DNA of 60,402 nucleotides, filler included, from Nemertoderma westbladi (taxonomy: Eukaryota > Animalia > Xenacoelomorpha): the NCBI GenBank assembly GCA_032718475.1. It is 2 parts of 2 records of this genome, joined end to end, with 100 filler letters (N's around TTAATTAATTAA, not from the genome) between each part and the next. Parts side by side here need not be neighbours in the genome. Positions count along the whole stretch, not along the records: positions 1 to 31,631 come from JAUCBJ010000766.1; positions 31,732 to 60,402 come from JAUCBJ010001852.1. One strand, written 5' to 3'. Below, one piece after another: positions 23,941-34,309 of the stretch; the first letter of the stretch is position 1, and each line of letters starts with the position of its first letter. A program made the translations under genes and the position numbers. The notes beneath the pieces are model-generated. The model was not told the DNA's origin, did not search any database, and saw only the letters and a program-made list of their open reading frames with translations.

Positions 23941-24050
23941 GTTCAACTCAAACTCGACGATATAATAAGACTTATTAAAAAAAAACTCTCCAATATAAAC
24001 TTCGTATATGTTCATATGTTCAACTCAAACTGTAATAGGACTTATTAAAC

Positions 24051-24071
24051 AAAATAAAAATATGGGAGAGT
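24051..24071 (+). promoter_or_regulatory. Polypurine tract
   Basis: AAAATAAAAATATGGGAGAGT immediately before the 3' LTR. Confidence 0.7.
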
Positions 24072-24292
24072 TGTTAATCTAAAGATGACCAGATACTGTT
24101 GTACCGGTAGGTGGTGGTTGGTAGTATGCTCTGTAGGCCTATCGTTATTGACTGCTGTATTATAATATAGTAGCGTATGTTTGGTGGTGTGTAAATTGAG
24201 TTTACTGTCCCGGTTCTGCATACCGGTATCTTAACTAACTGCCACATATATATATATATTATTATTATATTTCTCGATATTGATGATTAACA
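24072..24292 (+). repeat. 3' LTR
   Basis: Same 221-bp sequence as the 5' LTR, followed by TSD TTGGG. Confidence 0.96.
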
Positions 24293-25035
24293 TTGGGTCC
24301 GTGTTCAAAGTATCTAACATCCTTTGGGTCCGTGTTCAAAGTATCTAACAGCCTTTGGGTCCGTGTTCAAAGTATCTAACATCCTTTGGGTCCGTGTTCA
24401 AAGTATCTAACATCCTTTGGGTCCGTGTTCAAAGTATCTAACATCCTTTGGGTCCGTGTTCAAAGTATCTAACATCCTTTGGGTCCGTGTTCAAAGTATC
24501 TAACATACTTTGGGTCCGTGTTCAAAGTATCTAACATCCTTTGGGTCGGTGTTCAAAGTATCTGACATCCTTCGGGTCCGTGTTCAAAGTATCTGACATC
24601 CTTTGTGGTCCGTGTGCAAAGCATCTGACATCATTTGGGTCCGTGTTCAAAGTATCTAACATCCTTTGGGTCCGTGTTCAAAGTATCTAACATCCTTTTT
24701 GAGTCCGTGTGCAAAGTATCTGACATCCTTTGGGTCCGTGTTCAAAGTATCTAACATCCTTTGGGTCCGTGTTCAAAGTATCTAACATCCTTTGGGTCCG
24801 TGTGCAAAGTATCTGACATCTTTTGGGTCCGTGTGCAAAGCATCTGACATCCTTTGTGGTCCGTGTGCAAAGCATCTGACATCCTTTAGGTCCGTGTTAA
24901 AATATCTGCCAATATTCTGGTCCGTGTTCAAAGTATCTTACATCGTTTTGTGTCCATGTGCAAAGTATCTGACATATTTTGGGTCCATACTCAACGCATC
25001 TGCATCCTTTGGGTCCGCGTTCAAAGTAACTACCA
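24293..25035. repeat. 31-bp satellite, right part (~24 copies)
   Basis: Resumes in register after the TSD; degenerates towards 25035. Confidence 0.93.
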
Positions 25036-25372
25036 TCCTCTGGCACCATTTTTGCCATCACTATTTTAGTAGGCTATTTTTATTATGCTATTTTAGTACA
25101 CTATTTTTTGGCTCTTTGTCGCTCAGTGCTTTCCTTAATTTGCATTATTTTTCGCAGAATTAACTTTGCTATTATTAATTTAGCAATGTCCGTGTTTAAT
25201 GCCTCCTAGAAAAGTTATGTCTGCTCTATTTGTTCATGGCCTGCATTCTAACCTACAGTAACAACATGTACACCTGTCCGTGTTTAATCATAATGTCTCC
25301 TAGAAAAGTTAGGTCTGTTCTGTTTGTTACATGGCCTGCATTCTGCATTCTAACCTACAGTAACAACATGTA

Positions 25373-26001
25373 CACCATGCCCTGGAATATAGTGTCGTTA
25401 TTCTGGTACCCCCCGCCCCCCCCCCCAAAGTTTTCTACAAATCGAAATGAGATTGCATGAAATTTGAAACAGAGATAGTTTCACTCAAGTCCTCCTGGGT
25501 GGGTGAGCCAGAATTTATATTTTTGCTTTCATTCTTTAGCTACAAACGTTTGAAAAAGGTGTCTCCGGTGATATTTCACCAGTTACACTGCAGTTATTCT
25601 TGAACCTTATCGTACGTAACCTTATCATAGAAATCTAACCGTGCAAGGATTCCAAAAATGTAAAAACATTTGAATTTGGTTGGGAAATAGCTGAGATATG
25701 AGCGTTCAAACGTTTTGCACAAGGTCATCTAAACAACTATGTTATTTAGATGGCCTTGGTTTTACACCTGCACGAGGCTGTTTTATTCTATTAAATAAAA
25801 ACACGATATTCTAGAACATTTTGTTTATGTACAGTATGTATGTATGTGATTCTGGCTCATCCACTAAGGAGGAGGTAGATAAAACTAACTTTGTTTCAAA
25901 TTTCATGTAATCTCATTACGATTTGTAGTCAAATTAGGGTTGGGGGGGGGGGGGGGGGGGGCATGTACCAGAATAACGACACTATATTCCAGGTCATGGT
26001 G
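25373..26001. mobile_element. Tc1/mariner-type MITE (~630 bp, TA TSD, ~150-bp imperfect TIRs)
   Basis: TA|CACCATGCCCTGGAATATAGTGTCGTTATTCTGGTAC... and ...GTACCAGAATAACGACACTATATTCCAGGTCATGGTG|TA; inverted match continues through poly-C/poly-G and TGAAATTTGAAACA/TGTTTCAAATTTCA. Confidence 0.85.
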
Positions 26002-26326
26002 TAGTCTTAACAGAATAAGGTACCGTACGCCCACGGTGGAATTGCTACATAAACACTGAAGTTCCTTCATCGTATTTGAGAATTACGCGGCGTATGGCCG
26101 TGTATTGACGATTTTGCACCGCGCAGCGTGAGAAGTCTACACCGCGGCGCAGACGGCGTTAAAGTTCGTGCATAGTGCAGAAGTGAGAATGAGAATTTGC
26201 CCCAGAAAATTTCGCTCGCTTCGCACGCGTTTCATTTCCATTTGGCATTGTTGTAATCACGTAATCAACATGAAATTGCGGCGTACACTTGGTGTAGGCC
26301 AGCTTGTGAGGAACGGCGCAGAGTTG

Positions 26327-27084
26327 AGAGAGGGAGAGGGGACTGCACCTGTTCCGTCGGGTCTTACCAAAGTGGGAGGGAGAGGGAGACTGCACCTGTT
26401 CCGTCGGGTCTTACTAAAGTGGGAGAGAGAGAGGGAGACTGCACCTGTTCCGTCGGGTCTTACCAAAGTGGGAGAGGGAGAGGGAGACTGCACCTGTTCC
26501 GTCGGGTCTTACCAAAGTGGGAGGGAGAGGGAGACTCCACCTGTTCCGTCGGGTCTTACTAAAGTGGGAGAGAGAGAGAGGGAGAGGGAGACTGCACCTG
26601 TTCCGTCGGGTCTTACCAAAGTGGGAGAGGGAGAGGGAGACTGCACCTGTTCCGTCGGGTCTTACCAAAGTGGGAGGGAGAGGGAGACTGCACCTGTTCC
26701 ATCGGGTCTTACCAAAGTGGGAGGGAGAGGGAGACTGCACCTGTTCCGTCGGGTCTTACCAAAGTGGGAGAGGGAGACTGCACCTGTTCCGTCAGGTCTT
26801 ACCAAAGTGGGAGGGAGAGGGAGAGGGAGACTGCACCTGTTCCATCGGGTCTTACCAAAGTGGGAGAGGGAGAGGGAGACTGCACCTGTTCCGTCAGGTC
26901 TTACCAAAGTGGGAGGGAGAGGGAGACTGCACCTGTTCCGTCGGGTCTTAATAAAGTGGGAGAGGGAGAGGGAGACTGCACCTGTTCCGTCGGGTCTTAC
27001 CAAATTGAGAGAGAGAGAGAGAGAGGGAGAGGGAGACTGCACCTGTTCCCTTCGGGTCTTAATAAAGTGGGAGAGGGAGAGGGA
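26327..27084. repeat. ~43-60 bp minisatellite with a variable GA-rich spacer (~15 copies)
   Basis: Core GAGACTGCACCTGTTCCGTCGGGTCTTACCAAAGTGG plus (GA/GGGAGA)n spacer. Confidence 0.92.
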
Positions 27085-27581
27085 GATTGATTGATTGTTT
27101 ATTGTCTACACTTCTCTATACAGTTCAATACTTGCACAATAATTAACAGTATACATGATTGAAGCGGTAGTGCCGACCATAATATAAAGAGATTTACCAG
27201 AAAAAATTAAATATTTAAATTCCGAACAGAAATAGCACAATAAAAGTACCTACTTACGAGTACATCTCTAATTAACTGTCAAGTCGTGCGATGCTGGGTC
27301 TAATATAATTAAATGAATAAATATGTTATATCTAAATAATTGTCAAGCCGTGTGATACTGGGTCTAGTGTATTGTAATAAAAAGTTATAGTTAAAATAAA
27401 TAAATAATATTATGTAAATAAATAAAGAACAGTGCTTCTTTCACAATTTATCATGTTCCACTTAATTAAATAATTATGGTCAGTAGGTTCATAAAATATA
27501 TAAATGAAAATTACATTATACTAAATACTCGAATCGCGCTCCATCCAATAAATAATTCGCTATTTGTTACTTAGTCACTTA

Positions 27582-30500
27582 TTAATAATCGTGGGTCATA
27601 CTTTCGATCATTTTAGCTACCTCCACTTGATTACCTAAACCAAATAAACTTGTTAAATCAGACCAGCTTCCATTGACATGTCTCCTGGATCGCTCAGTAA
27701 ATGGGCAAACGGTAACAATATGTTGTTCCGTCTGGATAGCTCCACATACACAGAAGCGCTCAGTATCTCGTACCCTGGCCCACCTCATTCGTTCTACGGG
27801 GAAGCTGTGGCTACCCAGCCTAAATCTCGACCACGCTAGACGGTACCGCTCCGGAACTTTGCAGTCTTTGTACAATTGCGGCGAAGTTAACAACGGATTC
27901 ACTAACTTATACAGATGACGTTTTGTTGTTACAGACTTAGACACGTCATTTTTCAGCTTATCGTTCTGGATTTTACTGTAATCCGACGGGAGGTTCTTTA
28001 CTCGATCCACCTCGATAAACATGGGTGAGCTGTTATCCCGGCCGATTTCCAAGGCCATCTGCAATGGAGAGTCGGCGACTGGAATAAAACTATTCAGATA
28101 TTTCCGCTGTTTATCACGGATTAAGGTTTCGAACTCTGGGAGTCCCAATTCGATAAGGCAGATGTCGCCGCACGTGGTAGGTCGAACACCCAATAGTAGC
28201 CTTACCATAGACATATACAATTTAGACATAGGGGCCAATGAACCCCCGTACCAGGTTTCACAACCGTAAGTTATAGCAGAGATCACTGCGGCGTCAAAAA
28301 CTTTCCTTTTCACAACGAAAGGTAAGTCTGGGTTCTTATTTAGAAATGTCGAAAATTTTAATAGGTGACACTGCTTTTCAGAGGCGTTGAGGGAAATTAC
28401 TGTAGATATTAAACCATCTGAAGTTATTGGTGAGCCCAGGTAAATGTACGAATCTGTATTTACTATTTCTTTTTCGCCGATATCAAAGGAGTTTTTATCG
28501 CTTTCTGCTCCATTTATCACTAGGAATTTGGTTTTTTTAATATTAATTACCATGCCAGATAGGGAACAAAAATTACGTAGAACTTTTAACTTATCCAATA
28601 TAGAAAGTCTGCTTGTTCCAAGAATTGCCGTATCATCCATTAGGAGTACGCTATGTAAAGATTTCAGCCAATCATCAAAAGGCAGACGTTTCAAAGTGCG
28701 TACGAAGAAGTCTATAACTATTACAAATAGGTAGCAGCTTCCTGGAGATCCTTGGCGAACGCCTCTATTACAAATAACGTGGAGCTTGTTAATGTTGGCG
28801 ACTGTTATTTTGTACATGGCCTGTAATGCATTAAGCATTTTACATCCACATCCGAGGTTCTTTAACGTATCAAACATAAAACACCTTTTAACATTGTCAT
28901 ACGCTTTTTCATAGTCTACAAATATTATGTACAAAATCTTTTTGTACTTCCTGGCATAATCGCACAGTAATCTAATCGCAAGGATCTGCTCTAAGCAACC
29001 GCGGCCCTTACTCGCTCCCGCTTGTTCTGGTAGGGGCTTGTACCAAGCATATAATCTATTCGTAAGAACCATATCATAGAGTTTTGCTATACTATTGATA
29101 ATACTGATTCCCCTATAGTTAGTGCACAAGAATCGATTCCCTTTCTTAAATATTGAGATTAGCTTAGCACCCATCCACATTACGGGATATGCTCCGGAAT
29201 TAAAAATCAGATTAAACATAATGGTGATAGTTATCATCCAATTCAATGGCAGCGCCTTTATGAATTCAGCTGAAATCCCATCGGGTCCAGATGCCTTATT
29301 TGGTTTTAGTTTTGTCGCTGCGAACCCAACTTCATGTATAGAAATATCCTCGTCCAATATAGGAACGGTCAGGTTAGTTACAATCGTCTCATTTGCCGTA
29401 TCAGGATCATTCAACAAAGAGTTATAATGCTCGCGGAATTCCTCGTCGGTTGGACTAGTTCTAGAATTAGAATCTTCAGAAAGGTCGCCATTCCAATTTA
29501 TAGCTGACCATAATTTTTTCGAATCATTGTTTTCAATCATCTTGATCCATCTTTCTGCGCCCCAGGTGTTTGTAGTAATTTCATTATCAGTATTACGGGA
29601 GCAGCCCAGGAGCCGACTTATATTTCCTTTATTTTGGGAATGTTTCGCCGAGTTATAAATAGAATTAGAAACTTCAAGGCATAGAGAGTCCGCGTTATTA
29701 GTGCTAGTGCTGGTAATGATATTCTTGATATGCTGTGTATGTTTTTCGGAGACATGATGTCTGAAGACCTCCAAACTGCAGTCAGTCGGGGATATCCGCT
29801 TATTTCGAGGAGGGTCGCTAGAGTATTGTTCATACATACCCAGCTGGCTGGCCCGGTTCGACAAAATATGTAGGGGCAGTTCGTTGACTCTAAGAACAAC
29901 ACTGATGGGCGCATGGTCCGATGGTAAGTCAATATTATTAAAAATATCTAGAGATAAAATTTTGTTATTCGAACTCATTATATTAGCTTTTGGTGCAACA
30001 ACATAGTCGAGCGCTGATTTCCAAACACCTTTAATTTTAAATGTTAAGCCACATTGATAACTATAATTATCATTTAGCCTGAGCCCATTTAATATAATTG
30101 CGTCGGTGTCATTGCACAGCCGTTTTAATATTCTTCCATGTGAGTTCACAATGGGGTCTGGCCAGTTGTCATAATCGTGACTGTCGTCTGGATTGCCAAT
30201 TCTACTGTTAAAATCGCCGCCGACTATGAATGAATCCTCTGTCATAAGCATACTCTGGATGGTCCCGAAGCTCGATTCGTTATAATATTTAGATGAACTG
30301 TTAGGTATATAACATCCCCCTATGTAGTTAGAGTCTATGATCGGGATTTTAACCCACAGTTGATCCTCCACATCCCTCTTAACTTCCGTAACAAATTCCG
30401 CCCAGATGGGATTGATAAATAGGGCTACACCACCCCGGTGATTACGGCCATGTAGACTCTTACTTCTACCTAAAAATTGTAGTCCTGGTATATTAAAATC

Positions 30501-30671
30501 CATTATATTATTAATTTCCAATAAAAATATTACATCGAAGTTTAGTAAAAACGTGACTGTATTCTTGTTTTCGAATTTATTTTTAAAACCAGCTATATTA
30601 AACCATAAGACCTTCAGTTTTTCACACGGCCGACTTAAAAATCCAATGTTTTTCCTTGAAATAGTACGGTA
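27582..30671 (-). CDS. LINE ORF2: AP endonuclease, reverse transcriptase, C-terminal Cys/His finger (frame open for 1029 codons; start mechanism unclear)
   Basis: Frame extends 50 codons upstream of the tracked TTG and includes LKVLWFNIAG and FDVIFLLE; also GGVA, GGDFNSR, LDY, SDH; RT motifs ASGPDGI, NYRGISI, VDYEKAYD, GVRQGSPGS, LLMDDT, YLGS; RFCVCGAIQTEQHIVTVCP. Confidence 0.92.
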   Translation of the reverse strand, partial: YRTISRKNIGFLSRPCEKLKVLWFNIAGFKNKFENKNTVTFLLNFDVIFLLEINNIMDFNIPGLQFLGRSKSLHGRNHRGGVALFINPIWAEFVTEVKRDVEDQLWVKIPIIDSNYIGGCYIPNSSSKYYNESSFGTIQSMLMTEDSFIVGGDFNSRIGNPDDSHDYDNWPDPIVNSHGRILKRLCNDTDAIILNGLRLNDNYSYQCGLTFKIKGVWKSALDYVVAPKANIMSSNNKILSLDIFNNIDLPSDHAPISVVLRVNELPLHILSNRASQLGMYEQYSSDPPRNKRISPTDCSLEVFRHHVSEKHTQHIKNIITSTSTNNADSLCLEVSNSIYNSAKHSQNKGNISRLLGCSRNTDNEITTNTWGAERWIKMIENNDSKKLWSAINWNGDLSEDSNSRTSPTDEEFREHYNSLLNDPDTANETIVTNLTVPILDEDISIHEVGFAATKLKPNKASGPDGISAEFIKALPLNWMITITIMFNLIFNSGAYPVMWMGAKLISIFKKGNRFLCTNYRGISIINSIAKLYDMVLTNRLYAWYKPLPEQAGASKGRGCLEQILAIRLLCDYARKYKKILYIIFVDYEKAYDNVKRCFMFDTLKNLGCGCKMLNALQAMYKITVANINKLHVICNRGVRQGSPGSCYLFVIVIDFFVRTLKRLPFDDWLKSLHSVLLMDDTAILGTSRLSILDKLKVLRNFCSLSGMVINIKKTKFLVINGAESDKNSFDIGEKEIVNTDSYIYLGSPITSDGLISTVISLNASEKQCHLLKFSTFLNKNPDLPFVVKRKVFDAAVISAITYGCETWYGGSLAPMSKLYMSMVRLLLGVRPTTCGDICLIELGLPEFETLIRDKQRKYLNSFIPVADSPLQMALEIGRDNSSPMFIEVDRVKNLPSDYSKIQNDKLKNDVSKSVTTKRHLYKLVNPLLTSPQLYKDCKVPERYRLAWSRFRLGSHSFPVERMRWARVRDTERFCVCGAIQTEQHIVTVCPFTERSRRHVNGSWSDLTSLFGLGNQVEVAKMIESMTHDY

Positions 30672-31580
30672 TTATCTCGCATGACACATCTTGTCTGCCA
30701 ATTTATGAAGATGTTGGTTCCTTGGTTGCAGGGTTTGGACATTTCGTTTTTCCGAACTGCAAATAACTTGTTATCGGCCTCCATAATTCTAGGGTTTAAA
30801 TCACGCTTGATATAAACGGATTTGAACTCTGTACCAGCTTTAGACAATTGACTCGCACCAGCAAGAAGACTTTCGGTGACTCTCCTTGACCCTACCTCAA
30901 CCAGAACTGGGCGGGGTCTGGGCCTAGCAGAAATCGCTGGTTCTGTTTGATTCGCCCCCTCCTTGCTGTTGGTTGAACTTGAATGAGGTTTCCCTAGCCG
31001 TTTAAAGGTTACCTTGTTGGCATCCTCATCTCTCATTCCCGCGATCTTTAAAACCTTTACGGAAAATTTTCGATCATCCTGCGAGCTGGAACATTCCGGG
31101 ATTCCGCGCATAATCACATTTTTTGCTCTTCTATCGTTATCGAGTATTTCCAATTGTCGTTGTTGTTTCATGATAGAGTCTTTGCATCCCTCTACTTCAC
31201 TACGGAGCATAACATTTTCTTTCTTTAATGATTCAACTGTTTTGTCTATTATTGTTACCTTGGAGCGCAGAGCTCCAAGCTCATCGAGTTTTTTTGTTTA
31301 CGTTGGTGATATCATTTTTAACGCCTGCCAGTTCTTTGCGTATTGTCTCGCGAATAATATCAGCCATGTTTGGCGACTTGGTGGACGTCCTGGCAGGAGT
31401 CAGCTCCGCATTCTGGGCTGGGTCGATACCATATCCGGGGGCGGTATCGGTGACAGTGCTTTCATCAAGCAGGCCGGCATTCTCGAGCGCGTCGTATAGC
31501 CTTTCTTTGGTGATCTTTGAGAGGAAGTGTTGCCTGTTAACGCCCGCCAGATCGGAGATAGAAAGCGGTTGGCTACTCAT
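30635..31580 (-). CDS. LINE ORF1 (coiled coil plus RRM-like domain), split by one extra A
   Basis: Tracked ORFs 31281-31580 and 30635-31210 join into ~314 aa if the A7 run (plus-strand T 31289-31295) is A6: ...TNVNKKLDELGALRSKV...; motifs RRAKNVIMRGIPE, RLGK, RPRPVLV, VYIKRDL. Confidence 0.82.
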
Positions 31581-31631
31581 AATAGTCCTCTATTCTCAGA
31601 TCCAAACGAACCCAGGTACGGTACGGTACAA

Positions 31632-31731
31632 NNNNNNNNNNNNNNNNNNNNNNNNNNNNNNNNNNNNNNNNNNNNTTAATTAATTAANNNNNNNNNNNNN
31701 NNNNNNNNNNNNNNNNNNNNNNNNNNNNNNN
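31632..31731. other. Artificial scaffolding spacer (44 N + TTAATTAATTAA + 44 N)
   Basis: Exactly 100 bp and symmetric; the central 12-mer places stops in all six frames. Confidence 0.95.
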
Positions 31732-32943
31732 GGGATATTACGTCCATAACTACAGCACCGGTAATATTGTACACAAGCAGAGCACGACCCATTAAAAAAC
31801 GCAAAACAAAACACAGCACATAATATATTGTATTGTAATATAATATTAGTAAAAGATAAAATATTTAAAAAATAATCAAGAAATCTAAGGATAAAAAAAA
31901 ATATGCACAGCATGTAATAATGTAGGCAGATTATATTATAAAAAATCAATTGTTTCACGTATCCGACTCGACTGAGAAGTTGCCACCGCTACAGCCTGTA
32001 ATAAACTGTTATTTGATTCCTCCAGGCGGTTGAGTAAAGAAACTATTGCATTATACCTAATATGTATAAATTTAGGCAAACCAAGTTGCCCAAACATAAA
32101 TGAGACACTATAGTCGTAACTATAACCAAAAAGACGTCGGGCTATGTTATTATAACCAACTCGGAATTTATTGTATATGCCGAGACTGAAATTGCGTCTG
32201 GACCATAATGCGTTACAATCAAATTGAGTGCAAAAGCACTTGAAAAGAGTCTTTTTAACTGGAATAAATGGAATATATTTACATTTAATAAGAAATAATC
32301 TGACATAATAATTAATAATATGATTTAATAAAATCCTTATTGTTGATTAACTCTTTATCATATCTATATTTATATGCTATATCCATTATTACAGGTATAC
32401 CGGAACTCAACTCACGTGTGCCGGTAGTTTACCCAGCTTTCTATTAATAACGCAATGTTGTAATATTTGTAATTCTACTTCCGGCAGTTCCAGTTCATAT
32501 ATAACCGGTGATAAGTTTACAATTTTTACCGTTGTTTAAAGGTTTTGTACGTTTGTTATTGCAGGTGGATAGAATCGTAACAATAGTTTACAATTTATTT
32601 ATAGGTATTTATATTAATTCTATATTATAATAATAAATTAATTAATTAATAATAATAATTACTAATTCATCACTACATAGTTATTGATTAGATTATAACT
32701 AAATAGCGTCAATTTCCTGTAATTCCACTAACGCTTCATTTTTACATTAAATTGACACATCGTATTTTGCGGTAAATAAAATGAATTTTATTACCTTCTC
32801 GACCTTCGATATACAACACTGTGAAACATGTTTTCGGTGTGGATTTAAAATTTATTGACAAGCGAATATTATTGGCCAATATTATTAGTAGTCCTGGGAA
32901 AGATATACATATTGTAATATGCGGCCGCATTAACCTACTAAAA

Positions 32944-33031
32944 AATTTTTGGTCGACCATAAATTAATTTTTGGTCGACCATAAATTAATTTTTGGTCGA
33001 CCATAAATTAATTTTTGGTCGACCATAAATT
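32944..33031. repeat. Four tandem copies of a near-palindromic 22-mer
   Basis: AATTTTTGGTCGACCATAAATT x4. Confidence 0.9.
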
Positions 33032-33615
33032 ATGACGTCATGGATAACTTCTGAAAAAAAAAAATAAAAAAATAAAATTAATTGGCAAAGATCAGCCACC
33101 GTAATTTATTGACGGTTTAAATGTCCATTTTTATATTTAAAACGCTCTGTCACTACCCCCATAACATTACACTTACACATTCGGAGATGGAGGGAGTATT
33201 TAGTTGTGTGGAATGCATTGGTGTATCACACACGACAGCTTAGCCTATCTATAGGCCAGGCATACAACACTGCTGGTCAGCTGATGTGGCGTGGGCAGGC
33301 CTGCACTGTGACAGCAGGCAGCGGGGTGTAGGGATTGTTTGCCCAGCCACCATTATTGGGCTGCATTAGCGACTAAGGGGCTCCCACAAGTTGAATCATG
33401 CTATTTATTGCAGCACAGGGAAGCTGTGCGGATATTATTATGCCATAAATACTTAACTTCTTCCTGTAATAATCGCCCATGCTATTTTATACATTAACTA
33501 GCTAGGCAGCTACTGTTTATCCTTCATATTAATTGTTGTATGTAATAGGGTTGGTGCGCGAAAAGAATGTTGGGCTAGAAACAATTAATTGAATAACAAG
33601 GTGTCCTGACTGAAT

Positions 33616-34051
33616 CGAGTGGCGGGTTGGGTGCAATCTTCGCCCGCGTACAACCTTCGCCCGCGTCTAATCTTCGCCCGCGTACAACCTTTGCCAAGGG
33701 GAAACCTTCGCCCGCAAGGCAATCTTCGCCCGCAGAGCAACCTTCGTCCACTAAGATTTTTGTTAGTAACCATTTTAGTAACAATTTGAGGGAAAGGAGC
33801 AGGTTACAGATACGGCTTTTTCTAACCAAAACAATAAACGATGGTGTTACTAATTAAGGGAAAGGATCAGGTTACAGAGACGGCTTTTTCTAACCAAAAC
33901 AATAATTGTTTATGGGGCGAAGGTTGCTCGCGGGCGAAGATTGCCTGCGGGCCAAGGTTTCCGCCGTGCGATAGTTGCTCATTTTGAGAGCAAAGATTGC
34001 TCCGGGCTAAGATTGGACGTGGGCGAAGTTTGCTGCGTACCGAGTGGCGGG
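33616..34051. mobile_element. MITE-like element with subterminal TTCGCCCG/CGGGCGAA repeats
   Basis: Left arm has repeated (A)TCTTCGCCCGC, right arm repeated GGGCGAAG(A/G)TT; direct repeat CGAGTGGCGGG at 33616-33626 and 34041-34051; central AAGGAGCAGGTTACAG...CTAACCAAAACAATAA motif recurs near 39300-39440 (inverted) and 41590-41710. Confidence 0.6.
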
Positions 34052-34309
34052 ATGTGTACTTTTACAAAACTTTATTGCTTTGTAAAAATATAAAATAGAA
34101 GAACTTTATTTTTTCTAAGATTTGGTTATTGAATATTTGAAAATAATGTCTGAATGTGGGCCTACTGTGAATTTATTTACTGTTGCAATATTTCTTACTT
34201 TATCAACAATATTATTCTGAACTCTGAAGAAATATTAATTAATATTTTATACAATAATTTTAATTACAAATCAAATTATTTAAATGTTCTAGACTGTTTC
34301 CGGTAATAT

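Larger units (their letters stand above)
19109..24292 (+). mobile_element. Full-length Ty1/Copia LTR retrotransposon, GalEa-like (5184 bp)
   Basis: 221-bp LTRs at 19109-19329 and 24072-24292 (TGTTAATC...GATTAACA); 5-bp TSD TTGGG at 19104-19108 and 24293-24297; PBS, PPT and a single gag-pol ORF in PR-IN-RT-RH order. Confidence 0.97.
27085..31631 (-). mobile_element. Near full-length two-ORF non-LTR retrotransposon (APE-RT LINE; clade unresolved, RTEX/Proto2/CR1-group-like)
   Basis: ORF1 plus APE-RT-zinc-finger ORF2; candidate 3' end AATAAA followed by (CAAT)n at 27103-27085; 5' end cut by the assembly gap. Confidence 0.9.

Noticed and set aside
26159-27094. 308-aa and overlapping ORFs with RERE/GEGD repeats
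   Set aside because: Translations of the GA-rich minisatellite; similar peptides occur in several frames.
20132-29932. Short antisense and alternate-frame ORFs within the Copia and LINE coding regions
   Set aside because: Shadows of the long retroelement ORFs, with no independent motifs.
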